From assembly GCA_030611045.1 (NCBI GenBank), contig JAUWQN010000002.1:1-54650 (forward strand): DNA of 54,650 nucleotides. The letters run 5' to 3'. The DNA is from Methanosarcinales archaeon (GTDB taxonomy: Archaea; Halobacteriota; Syntropharchaeia; Alkanophagales; Methanospirareceae). Both the position numbers and the translations under genes were made by a program. The notes beneath the pieces are model-generated. The model was given only the letters and a program-made list of their open reading frames with translations. It had not been told where the DNA came from and did not search any database. Shown here one piece after another: positions 1 through 14,282 of this stretch; position 1 is the stretch's first letter, and the number at the start of each line of letters is the position of its first letter.

Positions 1-340
1 GGAAATCCAGCGGTAGATATGTTTCTACAAGCGATAATCTATACCATCTCAGCCCGTAGTAAATAAGAACGAAAACGTTGATTACGAATAAGCAAACGGT
101 AAATCCCTGATAGACCCGATTTGAAATTATCCAGCCTTTCAGTTTCACAGACATATCAAAGAAGTAAGCAAAAAGAAGCCAGCCCAATAGGATGAGAGCA
201 ATACCGGAGCATATACTTTCCCAGAAGGCTATCTCTCCGTCAAGGCTTATGTAGGTCCTCCACAAAATCGCCAGAACTATTATCAGCGCTAATGTTCGTT
301 TGTCCTCTATCACTTTGCCTACGAATTCTTTTATGCCCAT
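1..340 (-). CDS. Hypothetical multi-pass membrane protein (partial, runs off window start)
   Basis: Manual translation from ATG at 340: MGIKEFVGKVIEDKRTLALIIVLAILWRTYIS...; open to position 1, with several hydrophobic segments. Confidence 0.7.
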   Translation of the reverse strand, partial: MGIKEFVGKVIEDKRTLALIIVLAILWRTYISLDGEIAFWESICSGIALILLGWLLFAYFFDMSVKLKGWIISNRVYQGFTVCLFVINVFVLIYYGLRWYRLSLVETYLPLDF

Positions 341-476
341 TTTAACGCCCCTATCTTTCCTCCACCATCTGCTCATTAAATATTTTAATAAGCCACATAA
401 ATATTCCGATTGTTTTATAAATATCTTTTTACTTTTATCTATGATTATTTATACACTTCTGTTATAATGGTGATCC

Positions 477-746
477 GTGACACGGGTGCCACGGAAGGTG
501 AAAGGTGAAAGCGATGGCAAGGATAACGAAGAAGAATCGATCAATAACGGAGGGGACAAAAAGATGGAGCGTATCTTGAAATGGCTCTTTATGTCAGAGA
601 GTGAGGAGGAGATAATCAAGCCTTTTTCCGAAGCTGACATGAAAACAAGGGAAGGAATAGCACGTTTGATAGTTGCATTTGCCCTTCTGGGTGTGTCTAT
701 AGTATATATTACGTTCGTAGTCTTAGTGGCTATGGGTATAATTTGA
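477..746 (+). CDS. Small membrane protein (start could be ATG 563)
   Basis: C-terminal hydrophobic helix LIVAFALLGVSIVYITFVVLVAMGII. Confidence 0.55.
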   Translation: MTRVPRKVKGESDGKDNEEESINNGGDKKMERILKWLFMSESEEEIIKPFSEADMKTREGIARLIVAFALLGVSIVYITFVVLVAMGII

Positions 747-836
747 GCGGGAACACTGTCTGCGAGAGGTTTCCCTCGGGTTATAGGAGATAAAAAGCGT
801 GTCAGAGATGAAGGTGGTCAAGGATAGGAGAAAAAG

Positions 837-1268
837 ATGAAGGCAATTGGTGGTAAGAAGATGGGACAAATGAGTGGTTTACCCGGGGCATTTTTTGTTT
901 GCCCTGTTGCAATTGCCGTAGCATCCTCTGGGCATACGCATACCCCGATATGGCAGGAAATACTGTTAGCTTTTCTCGCTATATTTGGATTTGCAGCATA
1001 CGTACTTCTATGCTTTGCGGGAGAAGAACCGCGTCATCGGCAAAAAAAGGTTTTCCTTGCGTTTTATTTTTGTTCTATTGTTGTGATGGTCCTTGCAGGA
1101 TTATTTGTCCATTGGCATATCGAGTTCGGGTGGCAAAAACTACCAGCATTTTACGCAATATATGGATTCTCCGCTTGCGTATTTTTGATTTATTTTGCAA
1201 AAGGACTGCGTTTCTGGCTCCCGAAAGAAGAAGATTATTATGAAAGGAGGGGTAGGAGGGGAGAATGA
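837..1268 (+). CDS. Membrane protein of the type that precedes mrpD-like genes
   Basis: 3-4 TM segments; C-terminal FYAIYGFSACVFL...EDYYE motif; ATGA overlap with the next gene. Confidence 0.65.
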   Translation: MKAIGGKKMGQMSGLPGAFFVCPVAIAVASSGHTHTPIWQEILLAFLAIFGFAAYVLLCFAGEEPRHRQKKVFLAFYFCSIVVMVLAGLFVHWHIEFGWQKLPAFYAIYGFSACVFLIYFAKGLRFWLPKEEDYYERRGRRGE

Positions 1269-3124
1269 TTGGGTGGGTGCATCCAGGGCTCATACTTATC
1301 GTTGGGGCTTTTCTAATACCGTTTTTTAAAGGTAAATGGAAACAGGCATATTTGCTTATACCTCCCACAGCAGCGCTTATAGATGTTATACTCATATATA
1401 AGGGAGTGTTTGGAACTATCCCTTTTTCAGCATGGCATATCCCCTTTTTGGAATATGAACTTGTCTTCGGGAGAGTAGACAAGCTGAGTTTAGTTTTCGG
1501 GCTGGTATTTACCATTGCGGGATTCTGCGGGACCCTTTATGCATTGCAGGTAAAAAGCAGCCTTGAGCACATGATTGATTTCTTCTATGTAGGTAGCACA
1601 CTTGGAGTAATCTTCGCAGGCGACCTCTTCACCCTGTATATCTTCTGGGAGATAATGTCCATTGCATCCATGATTCTTATCTGGCTTGGGGGAACGGATA
1701 AGGCACATAGAGCAGGACTTAGATATATTATATGGCACGTTTTTGGTGGTGTAGTCTTGCTGGCAGGTATTATTATGCATGTGCATACTACGGGTTCAAC
1801 CGCCTTTAATACCTTCAGTTGGGGTTCAGGCATCGAATATTTGCCCTCTTATCTCATCTTCTTTGGTTTTATATTAAATGCTGCCGTTCCACTTCTGCAT
1901 GCGTGGTTACCGGATGCCTATCCGGAATCAACCATTGCAGGCACTGTATTTCTGAGCATCTTTACCACCAAGGCTGCGGTGTATACTCTGGTAAGGGGCT
2001 TCACAGGCGTTGAGATTCTGATAGGGCTTGGGGCGATAATGACGGTTTACCCCATCTTTTTTGCAGTTCTCGAAAATGACTTAAGGAGGGTGCTTTGTTA
2101 TAGCCTCATTAACCAGGTTGGATTCATGTTATGTGGTATAGGGATAGGTACTGCTCTGGCTGTGAATGGTGCGGTTTCTCACGCTTTTGCCAATATATTA
2201 TTTGAGGGGTTGCTATTCCTGTGTGTAGCAAGTGTGCTTTACAGAACGGGGACGTGCAAGTGCACAGACTTAGGTGGACTACGTAAGACCATGCCGTTAA
2301 CTTGCGCTTTTACTTTCGTGGGTGCTGCATCTATATCAGCATTTCCTTTCTTTAGTGGTTTCGCAACTAAATCAATGGTCATCTCTGCAGCGGCCCTCGG
2401 ACATATGGCTTTCGTATGGATCCTTTTACAACTTGCTTCAGCAGGTGTGTTCCACCATGCGGGCATAAAAGTTCCCTTTTTCACCTTTTTCGCAAAAGAC
2501 TGTGGCTTAAGACCCAAAGACCCTCCACTCAATATGCTACTGAGCATGGGAATAGCAGCATTTTTATCCATTTTTATCGGCCTTTATCCGTACTCACTTT
2601 ACAATATCCTACCATATCCGGTTGATTATGCTCCATTCACAGCATCTCACATAATAGGTCAAACCCAACTACTATTATTTGCATCTTTAGCCTTCTTTGC
2701 TCTTATAACTTCCGGGGTGTATCCACCGGAACAAAGGAAAATAAATCTCGACATAGATTGGCCATTTAGGATGGTTGGGGGAAAGTTTATATGGTTCTGT
2801 GAGGTGCCGTTACCAAATTTCGCGAGGATGGTGGACAACGGTATGAAGAGGATTGCTTCCCATTTCTCCTCCTTTGGCAGAAATCCGCTTAGAGCAATAC
2901 AAATAACATTGAGTACGATAATGGTAAAGGCGTTAAAAGCTTTTATTTTAGAGTTCTGGTGGCGTTTATACCAGTATTATGAGCGAGATTTGGAGAAGGC
3001 AAAGAGCCGACCCTTAGAAGAGCCGATGGAAACGGTGCCGATAGGGACCGCTGTGTTGCTGATAATCATTTTTTTCCTTATGTATTTGATAATAACGCTG
3101 ATGTGGGGGTGGCTTGCACCTTAA
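1265..3124 (+). CDS. mrpD: Na+/H+ antiporter subunit D-like (MrpD/NuoL-M-N proton-conducting transporter family)
   Basis: IFWEIMS, LHAWLPDAYP, TTKAAVY, YSLINQVG, DLGGL motifs; many TM helices. Confidence 0.85.
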   Translation: MIGWVHPGLILIVGAFLIPFFKGKWKQAYLLIPPTAALIDVILIYKGVFGTIPFSAWHIPFLEYELVFGRVDKLSLVFGLVFTIAGFCGTLYALQVKSSLEHMIDFFYVGSTLGVIFAGDLFTLYIFWEIMSIASMILIWLGGTDKAHRAGLRYIIWHVFGGVVLLAGIIMHVHTTGSTAFNTFSWGSGIEYLPSYLIFFGFILNAAVPLLHAWLPDAYPESTIAGTVFLSIFTTKAAVYTLVRGFTGVEILIGLGAIMTVYPIFFAVLENDLRRVLCYSLINQVGFMLCGIGIGTALAVNGAVSHAFANILFEGLLFLCVASVLYRTGTCKCTDLGGLRKTMPLTCAFTFVGAASISAFPFFSGFATKSMVISAAALGHMAFVWILLQLASAGVFHHAGIKVPFFTFFAKDCGLRPKDPPLNMLLSMGIAAFLSIFIGLYPYSLYNILPYPVDYAPFTASHIIGQTQLLLFASLAFFALITSGVYPPEQRKINLDIDWPFRMVGGKFIWFCEVPLPNFARMVDNGMKRIASHFSSFGRNPLRAIQITLSTIMVKALKAFILEFWWRLYQYYERDLEKAKSRPLEEPMETVPIGTAVLLIIIFFLMYLIITLMWGWLAP

Positions 3125-3130
3125 AATTTT

Positions 3131-3247
3131 AGGGGTAAAGGAGATACAACGGCTAAGACCTTATTCGATAGCCGAGCATCCGATTGTGTTATCAGAAAAG
3201 ACACCGCAAAGAAGATTGCGACATTGGAGTTTTCTTTAAACAGTTAA
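3131..3247 (+). pseudogene. Possible relic of a retropepsin-like aspartic protease
   Basis: Reads GKGDTTAKTLFDSRASDCVIRKDTAKKI, resembling ALFDSGAS...IRKDIAEKI; no start codon. Confidence 0.35.
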
Positions 3248-3334
3248 ACACCTATTTAATTAATGACATGCTAGCTATATAGAGGAATTATGAAGTGTTT
3301 CTGTTAAGTTAAGTGTGGGGTGAGGGATTGTAAA

Positions 3335-3730
3335 ATGGAGTTATCAAAAGGGAAAAGGGTAAGGGATGTGATGAAGCGAGGTGTTATTACTGTATCTTTT
3401 GACACGCCTGTAAGTGAAATTGCAAAACTCCTGGTAAAGGAGGGCGTATCGGGCGTTGCGGTAACTGCGCCAGACGATGAGGTAATGGGCGTTATATCGG
3501 AGATTGACGTTATCAAATTCTTCGATCAGGATTGGGACACCTTAACGGCGGAGGATGTTATGTCCACCTTTGTGAGGGCGATAGATCCAGAAACGACGAT
3601 AAAGAAAGCCGCAAAGATTATGAGGGATTTGAATATCCACAGGTTATTGATTCTTTCTGTAAGTCCCGCTCCTGGCATTCCCATAGCGATATTAGCAGCG
3701 AGTGACATACTGAGAGCGAGTGTTGAATAA
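3335..3730 (+). CDS. CBS-domain pair protein
   Basis: VRDVMKRGVITV...GVISEIDV and AEDVMS...ILAASDIL tandem CBS repeats. Confidence 0.9.
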   Translation: MELSKGKRVRDVMKRGVITVSFDTPVSEIAKLLVKEGVSGVAVTAPDDEVMGVISEIDVIKFFDQDWDTLTAEDVMSTFVRAIDPETTIKKAAKIMRDLNIHRLLILSVSPAPGIPIAILAASDILRASVE

Positions 3731-3732
3731 CA

Positions 3733-3771
3733 CACTTTTTCTTTTTCACAAAAAGAAAACCTGTGCTAAAA
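3733..3771. repeat. AT-rich palindromic repeat, copy A
   Basis: TTTTCTTTTT-CAC-AAAAAGAAAA hairpin followed by CCTGTGCTAAAA; near-identical to 31035-31072. Confidence 0.75.
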
Positions 3772-3798
3772 GAAAAACAAATATTTTTCAGCAAGCAA

Positions 3799-4683
3799 AT
3801 GATCACAAAAGAATTGATAAAGGACGTAACGATAAACATTTTGAGGCGAGCGGAGACAACACTGCCAAACGATGTGAAAGCGGCGCTGGTTCGTGCATAC
3901 GAGCGCGAAGAGCAGGAAATAGCGAAGGTGCAGTTGGAAGCAATGCTTGAGAATGTGAAGCTTGCCGAAGAGCTGCAGCGACCGTTATGTCAGGACACGG
4001 GCATTCCACTTTTTTACGTAAAACTCGGGAGTGGAAACGTAAACGTGAATCTCGGAGATATTGAGAGCGGTATAATAGAGGGAGTGGATGAAGCAACGAA
4101 ATCAATCCCGTTGCGGTTGAATGTAGTGGATGCGATAACGCGCGAAGGGGAAGGCGCGAATATAGGGGATAGAATGCCGTATATCAATTATAGCATTGAC
4201 TCGGATGTTGATGGACTTGAGATTTTGGTATTTCCGAAAGGCGGTGGCTCGGAGAACGTGAGTGCATTTACGATGCTGACGCCGAAGCCGGAAACGGAAG
4301 CATTAAAAGCGATACGGACGTTTATTCTTGAGGTGGTGGTCAAAGCTGCGGGTAAGCCGTGCCCGCCCACGATTATCGGCGTCGGTATCGGTGGCTCTGC
4401 GGATATAGCGATGAAGCTCGCGAAAGTAGCAGTGCTTCGACCGGTTGGCGTGAGGAATATTGAGGAGCGGATAGCACGATTTGAGGAGGAGCTTCTCGAA
4501 GCGGTGAACAACACGGGTATCGGGCCTATGGGTTTGGGAGGAAAAACAACTGCGCTTGACGTGCATATAGAGACCGCAAGCACACACATCACCAGCTTGC
4601 CTGTAGCTGTGAATTTCCAGTGCTGGGCAGCGCGTCAAGCTGTGGCGAAGATACATGAAGATGGAAGGGTGGAGTATGTGTGA
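3799..4683 (+). CDS. Fe-S hydro-lyase, fumarate hydratase/tartrate dehydratase alpha subunit
   Basis: PLCQDTG, PKGGGSEN, KPCPP, GIGPMGLGG, QCWAAR motifs. Confidence 0.9.
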   Translation: MITKELIKDVTINILRRAETTLPNDVKAALVRAYEREEQEIAKVQLEAMLENVKLAEELQRPLCQDTGIPLFYVKLGSGNVNVNLGDIESGIIEGVDEATKSIPLRLNVVDAITREGEGANIGDRMPYINYSIDSDVDGLEILVFPKGGGSENVSAFTMLTPKPETEALKAIRTFILEVVVKAAGKPCPPTIIGVGIGGSADIAMKLAKVAVLRPVGVRNIEERIARFEEELLEAVNNTGIGPMGLGGKTTALDVHIETASTHITSLPVAVNFQCWAARQAVAKIHEDGRVEYV

Positions 4684-4816
4684 AAAACTCATAGAAAGAA
4701 AGCGAAAAGCTTTTAAGTGCATTTGCACAAGCGTATGTAAGTAGTAGGGAAAACAATAGAGGAAAGATATGCTAATTAACTACGCTAATAATTCGGGTGG
4801 TGATGTATCATAGGCA

Positions 4817-5992
4817 ATGCCGAGACCAGTAGCCATAGTTGGAATTGGATCCACAAAAATAGGGGAATTGTGGAAATACTCATTTAGAGATTTAGCAATG
4901 AAAGCAGGGATCAGCGCTTTAACCGATGCTGGAATGTCAGGAAACGAAATTCAGGCATTATGGGGCGGAAATATGAGTGCCGGGCAGTTCCTTAATCAGG
5001 AACATGTGGCTGCATTAATTGTTGATTATGTTGGTTTAGCTGATTTACATATTTCTGCTACCAGAGTTGAACAAGCGTGTGCCAGTGGTGGAGCAGCTTT
5101 GCGAGAAGCGATTCTCGCGGTAGCCAGTGGATATTATGACATAGTAATGGCGGCAGGTATAGAGAAGATGACTGATGTAGATAGCGGAACAGCAGCTAAA
5201 ATATTAGCATCCGCCGCGGATCAAGAGTGGGAAGCACTTATGGGAGCTACATTTCCTTCACTTTACGCATTAATCGCGCAGGAGCATATGCAGAAGTTTG
5301 GCACAACATCGGAACAATTAGCCGCTGCGGCAGTAAAGAACCACCGTAATGCGAGGAATAACCCGCTCGCTCATTTCAGAAATGAGATAACGATAGAGCA
5401 AGTACTTAACTCACCGATGATTTCAAGCCCGCTTCATATTCTTGATTGCTGTCCACTTTCTGACGGTGCAGCCGCGGTAGTAGTGACGTCAGCGGAAAGA
5501 GCCAAGGAATTTACTGAGACGCCTATTTATATTAATGCGACAGCCCAAGCCAGTGATTATCTTGCTGTATATGATAGGAGAGAGCACACCACATTTGACT
5601 CGACTGTTGTTGCGAGCAGGAGCGCTTATCAACAGGCGCGATTGGAACCCAAAGATATTGACGTTTGTGAAGTGCATGACTGTTTTACCATCGCGGAGAT
5701 ACTTGCGATAGAGGATTTAGGGTTTTTTGATAAAGGTAAGGGAGGAATAGCTACCGAAGAGGGGGAGACTGAGATAGGTGGTCGAATACCAATAAACCCT
5801 TCCGGTGGGCTGAAAGCAGGTGGCCATCCAGTGGGAGCAACGGGAATAAAGCAGGTTTATGAAATTGTGCAACAGCTAAGGGGCGAAGCAGGTAAAAGAC
5901 AGGTAAATGGCGCGGAAATAGGAATGACGCATAATATCGGTGGCTCAGGAGCAACTTGCGTAATCCATATTCTTTCACGTGATTTATCGTAA
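4817..5992 (+). CDS. Archaeal-type thiolase (acetyl-CoA C-acetyltransferase)
   Basis: [27 protein letters not shown] motifs. Confidence 0.9.
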   Translation: MPRPVAIVGIGSTKIGELWKYSFRDLAMKAGISALTDAGMSGNEIQALWGGNMSAGQFLNQEHVAALIVDYVGLADLHISATRVEQACASGGAALREAILAVASGYYDIVMAAGIEKMTDVDSGTAAKILASAADQEWEALMGATFPSLYALIAQEHMQKFGTTSEQLAAAAVKNHRNARNNPLAHFRNEITIEQVLNSPMISSPLHILDCCPLSDGAAAVVVTSAERAKEFTETPIYINATAQASDYLAVYDRREHTTFDSTVVASRSAYQQARLEPKDIDVCEVHDCFTIAEILAIEDLGFFDKGKGGIATEEGETEIGGRIPINPSGGLKAGGHPVGATGIKQVYEIVQQLRGEAGKRQVNGAEIGMTHNIGGSGATCVIHILSRDLS

Positions 5993-6226
5993 TCGGGAGA
6001 TAAAAACTCTTTTACTCAAAAAACCTCTTTCTCACCGTTTTTTCCAGACTAACTTCGGTTTTTGGCTTCAAAGTTTTTTTGGAATCTCACAGAGTTTCAA
6101 TTCTTGTTTTAGTGGATTAGCCTCTTCGACTATAGTATAGATAAACCGGATGTAAAAGAAGACTTGTAAAAGAGCTTGTCTACGTCTACGTGCTGATGCA
6201 GGAGTGCGTATTCGTTAAACTGCATG

Positions 6227-6275
6227 GCACAGAAGAATCTTAAAGAGGCTATCGAGCTTTATATCGAGAGTTTTA
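6227..6275 (+). pseudogene. HicB antitoxin relic
   Basis: Reads AQKNLKEAIELYIESF; shares AAAGAGGCTAT and KEAI.LY with the intact hicB at 38076. Confidence 0.45.
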
Positions 6276-7059
6276 ACACACCATTATCCATCTCATAGCA
6301 CTGCCCTTCCACGATAAGCTCCTCAATTACTTCCTCTACCCATGCCTCTTTTAACCCTTTATTCTTCAAGGCTTGCACTAACTTCTCACGTTCTATACCA
6401 CTCTTTTCCACTTTCTTTATCGTCTCTACTATCATTTCCTTCGTTGTTGTATGATAATGCTGCCACATGTTCTTTACAGCGTTTATTACCGTGCTCGCTA
6501 AGGCATCCAGTTTATCATTGTCAAGTGCGTAATGCTCCAACGCTTCCTTTAAAATGACCTTGTCCGAAAAAAAAACGTTTTCTTCTTTCTTTGAAGAAAT
6601 GGTTGTGCGGAGCAGTTCTATCCTCTCCATCGTCCTCCATGCGGTAGTTAGTATCCAACCGTTTCTTACACGTGCCTCCACAGTTCCAACTTCTTCAGCC
6701 AGTATAATATTTCTTTTTCCTGCACCCTCACGCAAATGCACGTTGCCGAGGAAAGCGAGAAATGTCTTTTTCTCTTCTGCATTTGCCTTTACACCTTCCA
6801 CGTGGATAACTTTGTTTGTATAGATAGTAAGAGAGGCTGTCGGGTCGGTTAGTTTTATCCGGGCTATGTTACCTCTTGTCTCTACTTCTTTTACTTCTCC
6901 CACGCCAAAGAGTCTATCGCACCGTGCGCACGTAGGAGTGCCGAGTACAGTCATCCCATTTTCTTGTACAATAAAATCGCTTTTCAAAAATTCGTCAAAA
7001 AAGACTCTACAGGTCGGAACCAAGGCGTGCTTTAGATTTTTTTGTGCATGATGCATCAT
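6259..7059 (-). CDS. OB-fold nucleic-acid-binding protein (RPA-associated / RPA32-like)
   Basis: RLFGVGEV...RIKLTDPT OB-fold; C-terminal winged-helix-like segment (LIVEGQCYE). Confidence 0.7.
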   Translation of the reverse strand: MMHHAQKNLKHALVPTCRVFFDEFLKSDFIVQENGMTVLGTPTCARCDRLFGVGEVKEVETRGNIARIKLTDPTASLTIYTNKVIHVEGVKANAEEKKTFLAFLGNVHLREGAGKRNIILAEEVGTVEARVRNGWILTTAWRTMERIELLRTTISSKKEENVFFSDKVILKEALEHYALDNDKLDALASTVINAVKNMWQHYHTTTKEMIVETIKKVEKSGIEREKLVQALKNKGLKEAWVEEVIEELIVEGQCYEMDNGVLKLSI

Positions 7060-7083
7060 AACGAGCTAGAAAGGTTTTAAAAA

Positions 7084-7884
7084 TTAAACGATGATGATGC
7101 CGCCATATCCAACAACGCTGGACCGATCACCAATGATGTCCCCGCTTGTTGCGTATTTTGTCACTTTTCCTTCCGTTGCACCGAGTTTTTTCGCTGCATG
7201 CATCATCGCGGCTATCGGATACACGCCGCATGCGGTCACGTTTCGTTCATAAACCCGCTTATAGAACTTCGCAACGTCCAGCTCTTTTATCGCTTCTATC
7301 ACGTACTCGTCCTTCGCTCTCGCTATTCTGTCAGGTTCATAATGTGTGAAATCCGAAGATGCAAGCATAACCACTCTTTTATCTGTTTTAGCAATCGTGT
7401 CAGCCAGGTCTTCTCCTATCTCCCTCGCGGTTTCTTCATCGGATAAGCCAATACCAATAGGAACAAAGCGGAACGTTTTATCGAAGAGGAATTGAAGAAA
7501 TGGGAGTTGAACTTCGATGGAATGCTCGTATCTATGCGCAGTTTCGTCTACGTCAATAATCCGCTTTGGTAACGCATCCACAAATGCTTCGTCTGCTTCT
7601 ACATCTCCTAAAGGTGTTGCCCACATGTCCTTTGAAACAGCAATGGGCGACCCTATACCCTGATGATTAACGCCGAGAATGACAAAGATATCCGCTGGGG
7701 GAAGTTTAGCGTAGACACTCGCCGCTACGCTGCCCGAATATAGATAGCCTGCATGAGGAACAACAGCGCCGATAATATTTTCGTTCTCTTCTCTGGGTAT
7801 ACCTGAGAAGCAATCTCGTAGCTGTTCTTCCAATCTGTCCTTATCACCTTCATAAAAGGCTCCAGCTACTGCTGCTCTTCTCAT
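7084..7884 (-). CDS. MEMO1 family protein (AmmeMemoRadiSam protein B)
   Basis: RRAAVAGAFY, VPHAGYLYSG, EHSIEVQLPFLQ, SSDFTHY. Confidence 0.92.
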   Translation of the reverse strand: MRRAAVAGAFYEGDKDRLEEQLRDCFSGIPREENENIIGAVVPHAGYLYSGSVAASVYAKLPPADIFVILGVNHQGIGSPIAVSKDMWATPLGDVEADEAFVDALPKRIIDVDETAHRYEHSIEVQLPFLQFLFDKTFRFVPIGIGLSDEETAREIGEDLADTIAKTDKRVVMLASSDFTHYEPDRIARAKDEYVIEAIKELDVAKFYKRVYERNVTACGVYPIAAMMHAAKKLGATEGKVTKYATSGDIIGDRSSVVGYGGIIIV

Positions 7885-7913
7885 CTTCTGATTTTATCTT
7901 ATTTTAGCTTAGC

Positions 7914-12334
<4,421 letters not shown>

Positions 12335-12367
12335 AGAATAGACAGTTAGTTGTTTAGAGATTAGATA

Positions 12368-13435
12368 TTAAGATTTAGGAGGTTCCACTTCCAGCCCTTC
12401 TCCACCTGTTTTCACGTCCATGGCAAGCGCACCCGCGATCTTCATCGCAGCTTTTATGCCCTCTCCTGCCTCTCCAGGCAGCACCAAAACCGAGCCGACA
12501 CCACCCATATCGTCCGAACCACCTGCTCCTGTTACTTTTGCACCTAAAGCGCCCAACTCCTGTGACACCTTCACGAGTTCGCTTAACCGTCTTGGAACCA
12601 CCCCGATTGCATCCAGCAAACCATGATTGATATTCATCAGCGCACCCAATTTCTGGAAATCACCGTCTTCTATCGCCCTGATTGCCTGTGCCGCTATTTC
12701 ATCCGAGGCTTCAAAGACGGAATCAAATATGCTCGTAAAAGTCTCCCTCCGATTCTTAACCCCTGCTACAAGTTCTTTAGTCTTCAATCCCATCTCAGAT
12801 GCTTTTGTGCCCTCCATACTCAATGGTATGCTCCCAACACACCCTACAATCAAATTCAATTCGGCTAAATGCAATTGCTTCACTTCGTTTCGCTCTACTA
12901 ACACATATCCGCCATACGTTGAAATTGCGGTGTCAATAGGACTGGCAGCGCCCTGTACCTCCTTCTCAACACTGTGTGCATCAGTTCTTATCCTTTCCAC
13001 ATCGCCCTTCACGCCAAAATATTCTTTGAGTGCCGCGATAGTCGCAACACAGGTAGCTGCCGAAGACCCTAACCCCGCGGAAAGCGGTATTTCCGACTTT
13101 ATCTCTATTTCCACTCCTTCGTCTCCTATACCATACCGCTCTTCAAGGTATTCTATTGATCCTTTGACATACGCAAGTGCTTTTGCTGCCGCGCTGTAAT
13201 CCTTATAAGGAAGGACTTTTCTATCTCTCCCTTTCCCTGCTCCTAAATCAAGCTCCAAGCCAAACGTAGGTATGTTCGCTATTTTTACGTGATACCCCCT
13301 CTTTTCTCTGCTCGAGACCTCTACTGCAAGCCGACGGTTTATAGCAGCAGCTAATGCTCGCTTACCGTACACCACGAAATGCTCACCAAATAATATCACC
13401 TTAGCAGGAACAGATGCCCGTATCTTTTCATCCAT
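12368..13435 (-). CDS. mvk: Mevalonate kinase
   Basis: PAKVILFGEHFVVYG, PLSAGLGSSAA, GAKVTGAGG GHMP motifs. Confidence 0.92.
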   Translation of the reverse strand: MDEKIRASVPAKVILFGEHFVVYGKRALAAAINRRLAVEVSSREKRGYHVKIANIPTFGLELDLGAGKGRDRKVLPYKDYSAAAKALAYVKGSIEYLEERYGIGDEGVEIEIKSEIPLSAGLGSSAATCVATIAALKEYFGVKGDVERIRTDAHSVEKEVQGAASPIDTAISTYGGYVLVERNEVKQLHLAELNLIVGCVGSIPLSMEGTKASEMGLKTKELVAGVKNRRETFTSIFDSVFEASDEIAAQAIRAIEDGDFQKLGALMNINHGLLDAIGVVPRRLSELVKVSQELGALGAKVTGAGGSDDMGGVGSVLVLPGEAGEGIKAAMKIAGALAMDVKTGGEGLEVEPPKS

Positions 13436-13444
13436 GTTTCTATT

Positions 13445-13565
13445 ATAGTTTTTTCTTTTCCGAAAACGCTTTTTCTAAAAGGGTTGTTTTTAGTCAAGGT
13501 TTTTATCGCAGATAAAAAAGTTGTTTGATAAAACTTTTTAAAAAAGTTTTAAAGAAAAGGGTTTA
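13445..13565. repeat. Cluster of AT-rich palindromes (repeat family)
   Basis: Perfect TAAAACTTTTT-A-AAAAAGTTTTA (13529-13551) and TTTTATC-GCA-GATAAAA; overlaps the 3' end of the HAD gene. Confidence 0.65.
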
Positions 13566-14170
13566 ATAGTGAACAGTTCATCAAGCTTCTCTATGTGCTC
13601 ATCACCTGCAGATTTCGCGCCCACGCCGATTACCGAACAGCCAGCAGCTTTACCAGCCTGATAATCAGTTTTTGTATCCCCCACAAGTATCGCGTGCTCA
13701 GGCTTCACGTTTAGCCGCTCACATGCCGTGATTACAATCTCAGCATCCGGCTTACCTCGTTTCACGTCATTGCCAGTAAGAATCACATCAAAATGGTTAG
13801 ATAGCTGGAAGTGCTCCAAGATCTTGTTAACGTTCTCTCTCGGCGTATTCGTGACCAACCCTACCTTAAGCTGATAGTCCTCTCGCGTACGATGCAATAC
13901 CTCTTCTGCATCGGGGAACAGCTCTATAAGCCCTATCAAATTCAGTTGCTCACGTACGCAACGCCGTGCGGCATCTTCACCCAGATTTAACGCAGCCAGG
14001 TTATGTCTCAGGTCAGGACCCCAACATTTCTCTTCAAACGTTTCTCTACTTATTTCTCCCTTGCCGTACGCTCGCAACATTTTACTAAAAGCTTGATACC
14101 AGCTTTCAAATGAGTTTATCAGCACACCATCAAGGTCGAATAAGATTGCGTCTATTTTTCTCTCGTTCAT
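13538..14170 (-). CDS. HAD-superfamily hydrolase (phosphoglycolate phosphatase-like)
   Basis: FDLDGVL, VTN, KPD, VGDT..D motifs. Confidence 0.9.
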   Translation of the reverse strand: MNERKIDAILFDLDGVLINSFESWYQAFSKMLRAYGKGEISRETFEEKCWGPDLRHNLAALNLGEDAARRCVREQLNLIGLIELFPDAEEVLHRTREDYQLKVGLVTNTPRENVNKILEHFQLSNHFDVILTGNDVKRGKPDAEIVITACERLNVKPEHAILVGDTKTDYQAGKAAGCSVIGVGAKSAGDEHIEKLDELFTIKPFSLKLF

Positions 14171-14282
14171 CGTATGTAAGTATGTGGTGATAGCTTAACA
14201 TCATTTTTAAATTTTGCGCTCTAAAACGTCCATAAAAGAATCTCCCGAACACTTTTTTATTTGTAACCTTTTCTTTAGTTTG

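Noticed and set aside
3763..3798. N-terminal extensions in the ORF track (3763, 14214, 32652, 39733, 47515, 53578)
   Set aside because: They run through repeats, promoters or neighbouring genes; downstream ATGs fit the family N-termini better
6221..7059. AQKNLK encoded on opposite strands at both ends of the OB-fold gene, resembling TIRs
   Set aside because: The DNA match is short and imperfect, with no target duplication; likely coincidence
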